A stretch of 64,000 bases of DNA, taken from NCBI GenBank assembly GCA_002269645.1, contig NIVC01000268.1, positions 400,071 to 464,070 on the forward strand. The letters are read 5' to 3'. A program made the translations under genes and the position numbers. The stretch comes from Macrostomum lignano (Eukaryota). Positions 39,701-51,900 of the stretch are shown piece by piece. Within the stretch, counting starts at the first letter, position 1, and the number at the start of each line of letters is the position of its first letter. Under the pieces are notes generated by a model that worked only from the letters and a program-made list of their open reading frames with translations, searched no databases and was not told the origin of the DNA.

Positions 39701-42700
39701 AGGTTCTCTATTTGGCCCCTGATGTAAAAAGGTACTCGTACTTTCTACGATGAACAAGTCAATACAGCTGTACACCCTATGGGAGCGTGTGTCCGCGTGT
39801 TTATCTGTGTGAGCGTGTTGGCGTGCAAGCCTGGGTCATCGGAATGGGCATAAGTTTTAATTAGCCGTTATTCGAAGCAGGGGCCGCAAACCCTCTGCAA
39901 ACCAACTACACCAAGCCAACCACACCAAGTATTAGAAAATTACACCTGTAGTACGATTTTCAATTTCGACATTCAGGCAATCTGGTTGGTGACTCTGGCA
40001 GCCATTCTGGGCATCGACCTCCCGATTGGCCTACTCGTTGGCGTCATCTTCTCCCTGGCAACTGTCATTTTCCGATCGCAAGCGCCTAAAGCTTATCTAC
40101 TGGGTCGGGTGCCAGAGACCGACATCTACAAGAACGTAAAGAAGATTAAAGGAGTAAGTTGACTTTCAACTATTTTTGAGTAATTTTTCAACTATGGGTC
40201 GTGGCCTTTTAAAAAATTAAAGACGCTAACTTAGCGAGGAATATGTTTTACTTTTTATCTTCATATTTTAGTAGTTATGATACATTTAAGCCCTCTCAAA
40301 AAATTAGGTGTTTACTCCAAAGCGCTCCTGATGACAGTGCTAAAAGGATGCCAGAGACAATTTAATTAGCAAGTTTTAAACAGAAGAGCCGTTGCTAAAA
40401 CCTTGCATTTCTGACACAAAAAAATTGATAAATGCCTTCATTGATCATCCTGCATCTTCCCCAAAGAGGGGTAAATGGGATCCAATGTGAAATTAAGGCT
40501 CTTTGTCTTTAATACGCAAATAAAAATCCAAACACTCGACCCAAAAACCTCTTCCAGGCCGAGGAAATCGAAGGCGTTCGAGTGTTCAAATTCGATGGCG
40601 CGCTGTACTTTGCCAGCGCAGAAAATTTCCGAACCCGTCTGTTCCGTCAGGTGGCGATGAACCCGAAGAAGATTCTGGCCAAAGCCAAAGCGCACGCCAA
40701 GAAGACGGGAGCACTTGCCAGCAACTTGGACATCCGCACGGAAGTTATGGACAAAGAAGAGATCAAGGAGCAGCTTGAGATTGTCAAAGCCGAAGGAAGT
40801 CATCCAGTGAGCATAAATAAATTTAATAGCACAATAATATGATAAATAAATTCACCGTTTTGTAAGCCAACCCCACCAAAAAGTGTCAATGGGTTATACT
40901 CTTTGTAAGCGTGTGCCAGATATCTGTAGTAATATCTGTAGAGACAACGCATGAATCACCGGAGTAAAATTTTGCAGGACGACAGAGCTCGACAGCTAGC
41001 ACAAGCATCCATGGACGAACTAAATCGAAGCAACAACAGCCAGACGGACTTGGATGACTACGACGACAAAGACGATGTCAATGGGCCTGTGGTGAACGTG
41101 TTCTGCATCATCTTAGACCTGTCCGCTTGCGCGTTCACCGACGCAGTTGGTATTCGGCTACTGAGTCAGATTGTTGAAGACTTCAATAAAATCGGCGTGG
41201 AGATTTATTTAGCCAACTGCACATCCTTGGTCAGATCGCAGCTACGCAAAGCGAACTTCTTTGCTAAGCGAAGCGAAGAGAATGGCGTGTTTGTGACTGT
41301 TCACGACGCTGTCCTTCACGCGCTGTCCACACTTTACCAGGAGCTGCTTGAGGTAAGCATTAGATAGGATTGGAATCGAGGTAAAACTTATAGCAATAAT
41401 TTTAAACGTTAACCTTTTTTTCTGGCGTAAAGGTGGAATTTTCATTTGTAGAAACTCCATAATTTTGTTTATTCTATTTAAGTCAAAATGAATACGATCC
41501 ATGTTGTGACCTGCAACGTCTCGGAAATGAAAATAAAATTTACGATTGTTAAGGAATACGAGGCAACCTATGCTAAAATATGCATCAATACGTAGGCCAA
41601 TAGGCGCATCAGTGCGTGTAAGTATGCCAACATAAAAAGGAACTTGTTAGAAAACTTTATAACGAGAAACTGTCACATTTGTAACATTTTATCAGGACGA
41701 GAACGAGTCAGAATCGGACTTCGAAGCCAGAGACCACATGGAGACTGTGCCTGCGCCCCAGTAAGCTTTTTGGCGAAAATTTAACACTTCTATATTTTGT
41801 ATCCTGTTAGGAAGTCGGCGTGCTAGCTGACAGCTGACTCGATGCCATTGAGGAGGCAAGTAGCTCATAGTTGCGAGTATAACCCTTGAGCACGCTCACG
41901 CAGGCTCCGAATTACACAGTTGATCTGGCCCCTCCATTGCAGTCTGTCGCATCACCACGCCAACAAGAAGCTCTCTACCGGCAGCGATGAAGCGGCCAGA
42001 GAGCTGCGCCGACAGTCTCGCAAGGTTAGCAGGCAGCAGGCGATGTCGGCTCATTCAGACGACTTAAGCGGCGGTGCGGCTTTGTCTTCAGCGTCCAGCT
42101 CGAGCAGGAGGATCAGCCAGCGAGCTGAGCACGCCGACCGGATTAACGAGGAGCGCGAGCAACAGCAACAGCAGACGTCGACGAAGAATCGCTACCAGCC
42201 CGACGAGGCGAAACCGCTGCCCGTTTTCGATGAGGCACGGGATGCTGGACAAGCTTCTACATCGTCGCGCGGTGTTGCAGACGTTCTGGTTTGTGTTTTC
42301 ATCAGCTTATTTTAGCGCAAGAGTTTATACTTGATAAAAATGAAGATTATCGTCTTGATGAAGCACAATTGCCTAAAAGCTGTTTCACCTTACAGTTTGA
42401 CAACAGGTTCATAAAAATATGATTTCTTAGACACTCGTAGCAGCTAGTACGATAACAGTGGAAAAATCATAAAATTTAAATTCTCGATCTTCGGAGTCCT
42501 ATAGCAACCGTTTTCGATACTCTAGAACACTGTTATTCAGTTATTCAGAGTTCTGCAGAAACTTATCGTCACTATCCTACAGAATCCATATTTAGTGCCT
42601 TATCGCACCTATATTCAGTGACCTACAGGATCGCTCTTTAGCGCTCTACAATTCCCAACTTCTGTGCTCTACAGAACCAATCATCAGTGCCCTACCACAA

Positions 42701-42986
42701 AAACGTTTAGTTCCCGATCAGTAATCGAGTTTCACTGTTAGACGCCTTGCAGAACCCCTCTAAAGTAGACTCTAGCACTAATCTAAATTAACCATAAGTA
42801 TCTTTACAGTGCATATTAAAAATGAAAATTGAAAACCCGAATTTTCAGGTGCACGAAGACGAAGAATCCCGGCGCGAACGGGAGGAAATGGACTTGAACT
42901 TTGCCGAGATGCTGAAAAGCCTACCAGACACGGACGATGACGACGCTGGGGAGGACAACGCCGGCTTCCAGGACTCCGCGCTTTGA
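33745..42986 (+). CDS. SLC26/SulP anion transporter with STAS domain (prestin/pendrin-like), paralogue B (about 990 aa)
   Basis: 15 exons: 33745-34114, 34310-34420, 36124-36333, 36454-36698, 36896-37054, 37714-37796, 37887-38157, 38988-39065, 39132-39227, 39977-40153, 40558-40806, 40978-41352, 41696-41760, 41943-~42288, 42849-42986. All are GT-AG and in phase; many exon lengths equal those of paralogue A. The donor at 42288 is the least certain border. Confidence 0.93.
34535..36050. repeat. 22-bp minisatellite (CTAACAGGTGACTCCTCTGTGT), intron 2 of SLC26-B
   Basis: Tandem copies visible. Confidence 0.96.
37170..37600. repeat. Degenerate GGATGTCAA/GGATGTCTTA short-unit repeat, intron 5 of SLC26-B
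   Basis: Recurrent 9-10-bp units. Confidence 0.8.
39387..39733 (+). mobile_element. hAT/Charlie-like MITE remnant with CT-rich interior
   Basis: Left end CAGGGGTCGGCAAAC...GCGGCCCG and internal TGGCCCGC/TGGCCC motifs resemble non-autonomous hAT elements. The right TIR was not found. Confidence 0.4.
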
Positions 42987-43167
42987 AACGGATTTTGTTT
43001 TAAACTTTTTATTGCACTTTTTGTTCGTTTTGCTAATTTAACAACACAATTAGGATTAAAAGTTGTACCCTCCTTCGGCACCCCTCCGTGTACATTAGAT
43101 AAATTTGAAAGTGATATGATCGACAAACACAAGCATCTTCTACCAGTTCGGATCTAAACTATTTTAG

Positions 43168-43898
43168 AATATAGTCTTTTGCAGCCCATTTGAGCCTACG
43201 TGCATTGAATTTAATCCAAGATACGTTTGCCAATGCAACGGAGCTTTTGTCTATGGTGGCAAGGCTGGCACAGCGGCATTTGCATCAATTTGGTCCAAAC
43301 GTTCGTGAGCCATTCGGCAAACTTTTGCCTCTGTGGGTTGATGCGTACCGCTGAAATGTCAGCGTCTCTACCAACAATTTCCAGTCGATTTTCCAGAGCT
43401 CTTCTGACAGCCGAAATCTGATAACTAACTGGAACTGTTCCTTCAACTTTCGCTGCTTTTTCTGCACCGTCAACAAAGGGTTCGTCTCAACTGCATCGAG
43501 TAGCAGTTGGATCTGAGGTTCTCGAGCAACTTGCCTTGGCAATTACTCATACCACCCTTTCGCAGGCAGTCACTGCCGGCAGAGTTTCAACGCGCTGATG
43601 GATGCTATAAAACATCATTTTTTTACATTCAGCAACCTTGCAGTGTCCTTTGAGTGTTCACCTCTGTTGAATGTTTCGATCACAAGCCAATGGCATTCGT
43701 TCGACAGCCTAGCATATGGTCCACAATTCTGGGGCTGATCTTGCTCCTCCGAAACAGTTGCAAATGAAGCTATGGACCAAATTAAGTGCCGCTGTGCCAG
43801 CCTTGATGCCGTAGACAGGGGCTCCGTTGCATTGGCGGACCTATCTTGGATTAAATTGAATGCGCGTGGGCCCAAATGGGCTGCAAAAAGCCATATTA
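43168..43898. mobile_element. Non-autonomous DNA transposon with about 50-bp imperfect TIRs
   Basis: TTTTGCAGCCCATTTGAGCCTACGTGCATTGAATTTAATCCAAGATA (about 43177-43223) matches the reverse complement of TATCTTGGATTAAATTGAATGCGCGTGGGCCCAAATGGGCTGCAAAA (about 43843-43889) with 4 mismatches. Confidence 0.75.
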
Positions 43899-45991
43899 AT
43901 TAAAAACGGCAATTTACTTTTAAAAAGTGTGACTTAAGCTAGCTACTTATCTAGCAAAAAAATAAATATTCAAAACAATTACTTTGATTTTCCTGATAAC
44001 ATTTCGCTGCGCGAAGTTTTACGAGCTATTTCGTCAATTTACGCATAACCATAATGTTTTACTAACTTGACATAACATTTTCAAAAAAAATGTTGACCTA
44101 TATTTTATGTCACTTGTCATCTCCTGGGCATCATTATTAACCTATAGTTTTAGCCATCAATAATTTTGATTGACACGAGTGTAATATTTTTGTCAAAATA
44201 AATTTTTACTGGTTGGAAGCCGTTCTTACTTCCAATCGAAAACGCTACGAACTTGATCTATTGCTATCAGAACAGTTGTGTCGCCAATTTATTAAGATAA
44301 AGCGCTTTATTTCTTAAAGTGCGTTGTACCTTAGGTAGATATGAACAATAGACAGCGGCGCCCACCTAGCCAGTAAATAATTGACACCCATTAAAATTGC
44401 GACCGTCTCCGAATAAAATTCCTGCGTAAAATACTGCTCTCTGTGACCCCAAAAATGGATCGGAGGCTTTAAAGTATTAAAACTGTGAAACGTGAATTAA
44501 CTTGAAATTCTAGTTTCATAATCCCATTCAGTTGTCGTACAAGTGCAAATTAATGCTTTTTAATGCCATTCATAGATGACAAATTAACAGTATATATTTG
44601 TAGGCGAATATGTGCGCATACAATCAGTGGTTCGACGTGTTTCGTAAAAAATATAAAAATGTATTTTCGAGCGTACTGGTGAATTTACGATTGGTCAGTA
44701 GTTGAGTTGAGTCTAACCTGGCGCACGTTATGCCTCAGCTGGGGAGGCGTAAGCGATAGGATTCGGTTAGAAATATTTGTCAATTTATGAAAAGCGCGTT
44801 AAAGAACCTTCCATGCATTGCTAAAACTTTGCATGGGCAGGCGAAAGGTAAAAGAATAACTTACAAACAGTAGCTATTAACAGGACAAACTTTAAATAAT
44901 GAACAAGTTGAAGCGAGTCTAAAACTTATTCTTGTTAGGTTGAGGTTAGTGCAAGAAGTTGAGCTACTACTGAATTAAAATTTTGCCTGACTTGGCTCTA
45001 ACTCATAGAAAAAATAAGGAACCCACTCGTATGTTGCTCAAAAATCGAAATAAACAAGTTAAAAATGTACGCAAAGACAAGAGCACTATTGAGACACACA
45101 ATTAAATTTTAAAAACTGATAGACCGATCTCTGAAACTGAGCATCTTGTCAAATGAAATTAAATTCAGAATCTAAAATCTCTACTACTTAATAATAAATT
45201 TGCTTGAAACATTCAAATTACGCAATAAAAGCCATGCAAAAGCGTTGCAACGTACTGAGGCGCTGGTTTTGAAGCTAATAAATAAATCATCCATCAATAA
45301 ATAGTTTGAGAATATCATATACGGAGGCATTGATTTGACTAGGATCACGGCAGATACGTGCTCGATTGCGCTCGTTTCAGGTGCAAAATGGTAAAAAATC
45401 GTAACGCAGAAAAAAGACATCTTTTTAGTTATAATTGGAGACTGGCCAGGAGGGGCAAACAAAAACAAAAATGCATCACAGTCTGTTTGCTTTTACCCAA
45501 AGGCGCGCAAATTGAATTTATGTTACCCTTCAAACTAAGCAAGGTTAAGTATACTCGTATTGAAGAAATTTATGGTTAAAAATCGAAATTTTACAGCATG
45601 TCGCGGGTCAAATTGAAATAGGTCAAATTATTTATGAGCATTTTTAGTCGAAATTTAAGTTTAAAAAATTTGCTACATACTGTTTTGTTGAAACTTTCAT
45701 GCAATTTTTTTTCTTTTAGCATTGACAAATGAAACCTTCCAGATTAGAAAAAAACATTTGCAAGACAGACTTAGGCAATTGACTTCATCTAAGATATAGC
45801 AAATCGATACTTTTCGAGAGAGGATAAAACTAGGATAATTTATTATCTAAACTGAAACTAACTCCCTCCAACCTCCCAACTGTAACCTTTCATTTGTCAT
45901 CACTGTTTAACTAGTGCCCAATTTTTATCGCGAATAGCCAACCTTTTAGATCTGACCTACCCTTCGTAGAAATCGCATCCCAATCACAGCG

Positions 45992-48900
45992 TCACACAAT
46001 CAACTCTTCCATCAGGAAGGCGGCATTTTCGGAGTCTTCAACTTTCTCGCTATTGTCCGCAGCCGACTTTCGATTAGCGATAGTAACGGCGGTGGCATTC
46101 GACGATGTTGCCGCTGTGTTCGCCGAAACGCCTCCGCCGACGTCGCTTCCAGCGTCGCTTGGCTCAATGCTGGCCAACTCGACGTGCAGCGGACTGTCAA
46201 CTCGACGATGCCGTCCGCTGCTATGCCGAGCAAACTTGAAGAAGCCGCCTCCGCCGCTGGACCCTTTGCTTCGCTGATTGCGATCTTCCGACAATCGACC
46301 CTCCGGTATCGGCGATGGCAGGCCGTGAACTCCCGATGCCGCCGCTTGCGAGGACGTATCGCTGGAGTCGAGGCTGCTGCCGGCGCCGTGCGATGACGAT
46401 TTCTGCGATCGGCGTTGACTGCGCTGCTGACGACCGCGCCACGATTTGAATGTCTTGCGAGATCTGTCGCGGTTTGTTGATAACCGAATATTTAAAAATA
46501 CTCAGAATGAAGTTCTTGAAGTTCTATTGCGTAGCAAGAAATATTTGTTATACAAATACCCCCTCACGGAAATCCCTTAATCTCCTGAGTGCAAGTATTC
46601 TGTATTGCTAAAAAGTCTACATAAAGGCTTACAGTAAGATAACGATGTACTTTGAAAGATAAATATATATTTATCGGACCCATTAGACATTATTCTAGTG
46701 TCGTCATTTGTAAGATATATTAGATATATGATGTCATCTATTGTATTAGTGACTACGTTTCTTAATATCACGGAAGCAGTCCCGCAAAAAACGAGCGCTA
46801 TCTCTTTGAAAAGCAACGCGATTTGTCAGGGGGGCCGTAGCCCAGCGGTAGCGCAGCTGCTCTGGTGTGCAAGCGACCCAGCCTCGATTCCAAGTGCAGT
46901 CACATTAATTTGGGGCTGAATTGGAATCTCGGCTTGGCTCTGCTCGTGCAATTAACGGCCTTGAGAGCCAACCCCTTAAGGCGCAGTGAAGTGTACATGC
47001 CTAACGATAATATAAAGTTAGGGCCGCTGTACACTCCTGTGTGAGTGTGTGCCTGCGTACGTATCCGCGCGCTTGTATGCCTGCTCAGGGGAGTCGGCGG
47101 AATGGGTAGTAATGCCTCTCGCCGGTTGTGTGCCTATGTCGCTTAAAGTGCGCCAGCCAGGGTGCACACAACCCCCTGCCTCTAATAAAAAAAGCGATTT
47201 GTCGGCTCAAGTTTGACCGTGTCATCATTAGATAATCTTAGGAAACCATATCGCAAATCTACCTGTTATACTAACAGAAAAACAAGAGGAAATGTGTAAA
47301 AAGCGTATGCAAATAGCTGCAATACTTATTTATTATACAGTCACTACATAAATTTAAACTATGAGAAACTCACTTGGCGTCGTTTCGATGAATTCTAGAT
47401 AAGTCGTCCTCTGTCTCGGTGACCAATTCGCATTCCTCGTCTAGTGTTCCCTGACTGGGTAAGCTGTCGACTGAGGGAACTGAAAAAATTAAAACGTACG
47501 TCCCTCGTTAGACATCAGATTCTGTTTTTCAGTGTTTTCCGTGGAATTGCTAGTCGAACTATTGGAATGATAAAAATTCAAGATCCGATTGTTAAGCGTA
47601 CTAATTAATCTGTCAAATATTCAGCGCGTCATAAACTGCTTGACAGTTAGTGAAGGCTGCATTGATGATGATGCGCGTAATTAACAACTGTCAACTATGA
47701 GAAATCGATGATGAAAAATTGGGGATTCAATATTTATGTTACAATTAAAATATAAATCAACGGATTTTTAATTAGAAAAACCGCTCTGGTGTAGGTGAAC
47801 TACGTATTAAATTGATTTACCGTACTGTCGAGTAGCTACGCTCGTAATTATGGGCTATAGAAAAAAACTACAATAATTGTGATCAACAATGTAGAAGCAA
47901 AATTTCGCGATGAACAATATGCATCGTTAAACTAGTTTTAACGAAGTCCCAGGCGTTGTGATTGGCTACGGAGTAATTTCTACTATAATGCCTAATTAAT
48001 AAATCCGGTAAACAAATTGCTTTGATAAATTGATCATTTGCAGTGAATTTCTAACTCCCTTAGACTTCTTTAGAGTAAAAACTGTTCTTAATGCAAATCT
48101 TTCGGGGGATAAAAAGTTTAGCTAGGACTCCGTAAAAATTGGAACTCCGTAATTGATCGGAGTTGATCTTTACTCCGTAAAGATCAACAAAAGCAACAAT
48201 CCAAAACTGTTCTTGTACAGTTGTTCGTTCAGCTTCGGTTAATCTATTTTATAAAACTTCAGTAAAAACGAATATGTGAGAAAACCCCTAATCTCTGACG
48301 CAATAAAAATATTAAAATATTACTCAAATTACTAGGACATAAATACTCATTACTGTTAATAGTTTCAAAAATACTGGTAAGTTAGTTTTCAACTACCTTT
48401 CAGAGGAAATTTTATAGAAAGAATTAAAAAGTTATGATAAAACTTGGGTGAAAAGCATGAGTCGTGTATCGGGAAGCGGTGAGGCAATAAAATTAGAGAA
48501 AAAATCTAAACTTATATTAGCTGGCTAGACTCGCAGGTTCAATTAACTGGCAAATTTTTCCGCTTAAATTAGTCAATACGAGCGTAGATTTCTACGAAGA
48601 AATTAAATTACCAGTTCTCAGTGCGTGAAGCCAGAATACTGAAATTCGAATTTGTTGCGAAAATGAAACAGAAAAACCAATTTACAAAAGCGGAAACGGA
48701 TTAAAGATTCAGTTCCACATGCGCTGGCAGGCAAAATTAGTTTTTGTTAAAGTTCTCACATCAGAGTAGTTAAACAAACGCCAGAAAAAACGTAGTTTTT
48801 TAAACAAAGCAAAAAGGTCAAATATTCCAAATCTTCATGCCAAGTCTTCATGCTGAAACAAACTGAACGATTTTGAATGAATTCAAAACGAATTTCGAGA

Positions 48901-51900
48901 CTCACTTAGTAAGGATAAAACAAAACCAAGTTCGTCATTCAGACTACCAATTCTATTTAGTGGAGCAGACAAACGACCTCATGATATTTTTCTCTCGTGT
49001 TAGTTTTGCGTGTTACGTAACGCACAGCAAGTTCAATTTCTATAGTGACATTTAAACGGCAGGCAGTTTTAGTTTTTTATTAAAGAAATTGAATGGAAAT
49101 TTACAGCAACTGGTCGTGTGGGTCTCTGATGTCGATCCTTCAGCTTTAAGGCACCCCGGCGCGTCTCTAGCGATTAACCGGATTCGAAATGGGATTTGTA
49201 TTCAGAACGGAGGGAATGCCACAAAATAAAAATACTTTTGACTCTGTGCAGTTAAAATTACTAAAGCACTTTCAAAAGGAAAATTGATAGGCTTTACATA
49301 ATTTTATAGTAGCACATTAGTCCATTTGATATTTAAACTGATGGCTTACTACGCTCGTACAAACTGAACAGAAACCTGCTCTTTACATTCCTAATCACGC
49401 TTAATAACTCAATGTGTTTGAGTTAAATTTCAGATAGAGTATGGCAGTAGCTATAAGATGCTCCAGTGAAAAACGTTTAATTTTACTTCAAGCTACACTT
49501 GGCCTCCGTTTCTAATGAATTCATTCGACATCAAACTTCTCTTTTTAATTGTATCATTATTAACAGCTATAATTGGGGTGGACGTCAAACATAATGGACA
49601 TTAATTTTTTATATAATTTAAAATTGTCACAATGCGTTATAAGGTTACACTTCACGTAAATAATGAAGACGGTTACGGCACATTGGCTACGTTTGCGCGT
49701 CAAACGTGAATAGAAAGAGAACTCAATGAACAAAAATTGACACAGATATGACATCAAAATTGCGCTTTGGGGCTTAATAATAGTACTTTTCTGGCTTAAT
49801 ATGTGACCAATTTCAGTAGCATACCAATGATAATTGCTGGAATTGTGCGTTTGGAAAATGTTCTCACGGATAGAGTAAGATAGAGACGGATTGGTTTTTA
49901 TATCTGGCATTTAATATTAGGAAATACTTTAAAACCACAATGCTGCGAACGATTTCAAAGATATATTTACCCTTCTAAAGACACTTGCGTAATGCTTCAC
50001 ATCGCAATTGTAAGCATAATTTTTGGGAGAATTGACAAGTGTATTCTGCCACAATATATAACCAACTAATACTGATGATATGGCAGTGCAGTAATCATGT
50101 AGGAGTTAATTTAGTTTTAGTGCTACAGAAGAAATAATTGTCAATTTCTATTGTGCCTGTAGAAGTTCTATTCACTTTTTGCTTTGCACACTGTAGATAC
50201 ATATAATCTATTTAAAAAACGCTTGCAACACTTTACCAATTTGTATCGATCCATAAAATGATTCTGTTGCTAAAAGCGATTTTGTCGTAAAAATTTGTTA
50301 ATCATTAGTAAGCTAGCAGATTTGTATTCTTAAAAAGATTTGGACGTTTTATCCGTTCAATATACGAGCTATAGCTTTGCTTGTAGAAAAGCGCGAAAGA
50401 GGTTAATGAATATCAGACCAGTTATTACAACAAAAATAAGATACACTTTGTTGTGCTTTGCCCTTTATAGAGTACGAGTATCACCGAAGCCATTTAATGA
50501 AGCCAGATAGTGGCACAAGCAAAGAAGATACTCAAGCCAACAAAGTAAAAGGACAAATACTAATTAGATTCTCACCTGGCAGACCCTGTTGATTAGGATT
50601 CTGAGTGCTAGCGTACTTCTGCAGACATCGGCTTCCATCTTTGGCGCTAATTCGTTGACTGGGATTCCTCTTCAGTGACGTCTCTCGTCGGAACGAAGCT
50701 CCTGTTGGTCGCATCGACGAAGCGTTTGACGCCGTTCGCAATCGGACTGGCTCTGATTCCTCTTTGGCTGCTCGTAGTTCCGCGGCCAAATCCTGAAGCA
50801 CGTGATAAACGCAGCGCTTCGGAGGCACCCCAGCACCGGCCAGCCGTTGGCCTACCAACGCCTGGAGCGCGTGTTCCGCTTGGCTCTCGCACCGGGTCTG
50901 CATCATGCGAAACTTGATGTACGGCAATAGGTGCGGGTAGATCGGCGGACGGTTAGTTACTAGAAAGTCGACGAATTTCCATAGGTGAGCGCCATATGGT
51001 ATCTCGGTGATGGTTTTCGCTACACGATGACAGTCAAGCTGGATGAGTCTGGAATAAGCTACTAGCATCACTTTTAAGCCGATCAGGGCCAAGCGTTGGA
51101 CAACGTCGCTTGAGTACAATGAGGCGCGGAAAGAGCGATCACTCAGTGTCAGGCTGGCTCGCTCAGACACGCCCAGATGCTTAGTGGAAGAGCCGCCGCC
51201 ACCTCCGCCTACGATTGAGCCAGCTGCAGCCGCAGCAGGGCTGATCTGCGCCGCTTGCTGCTGTTGTTGCTGTTGTTTGACGCTGCGCGGATTGAGCGCA
51301 TTTAAAATTAGAGATAGAGCAAAACGCTGATTCGCTGGACTCAGCGCCGGACCCTCGGGTTGTAGGGCGCAACGAAGCAGCAAAGGAAGCACAAACTGGC
51401 CAAGCATAACAGCCGTTTTATCCATTGAGAAGAGTGCATCGGTGTGGCACAAAGTCTCTAAGGAGCACACGGTACCACTGTCGGTACTATTCATCAGTAG
51501 GCTTACCAACTTGATGACCGACTTAGAGAAGCGACTTGGCACTCCAGTGCTGATAAACACGTCACGATTGTGAGTCGGCGAACTGCCTGGTAGACCTAGC
51601 GAGGAGCTGCTATCGCGCATCGAAGCGTTGTCGTATAGGATGATGCGAATACAAATATTAGTGAGCGTCTTCAGGTGATTGACGGGCGCCAAAACTGCTC
51701 GATGTCTCATTAGGCAGTCGGAGACAGAGTCCAACAGGCAAGCTAGACAGTCCCAGTTGAACATGCGTCGATTTGAATGTGCCATCTTCTTTTCGATCTC
51801 ACGGTAAAGCTTATCAAAACGACGAAGTACGGAAACAAGTGTCACTCTTAAAGCCTCCTGTTGCCATTCAATTCGAGGCAGCACTTTGCAGATAAAAATG

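Noticed and set aside
43615-43875. ORF with QPQNCG and HWLVI, reminiscent of a Ulp1-type protease
   Set aside because: The motif order is reversed relative to Ulp1 (His before Cys), the ORF is short, and it runs into a TIR.
49110-49180. GC-richer patch in an unc-80 intron as a possible extra exon
   Set aside because: There is no donor in the phase needed, and exons 50576 and 47479 already join in frame.
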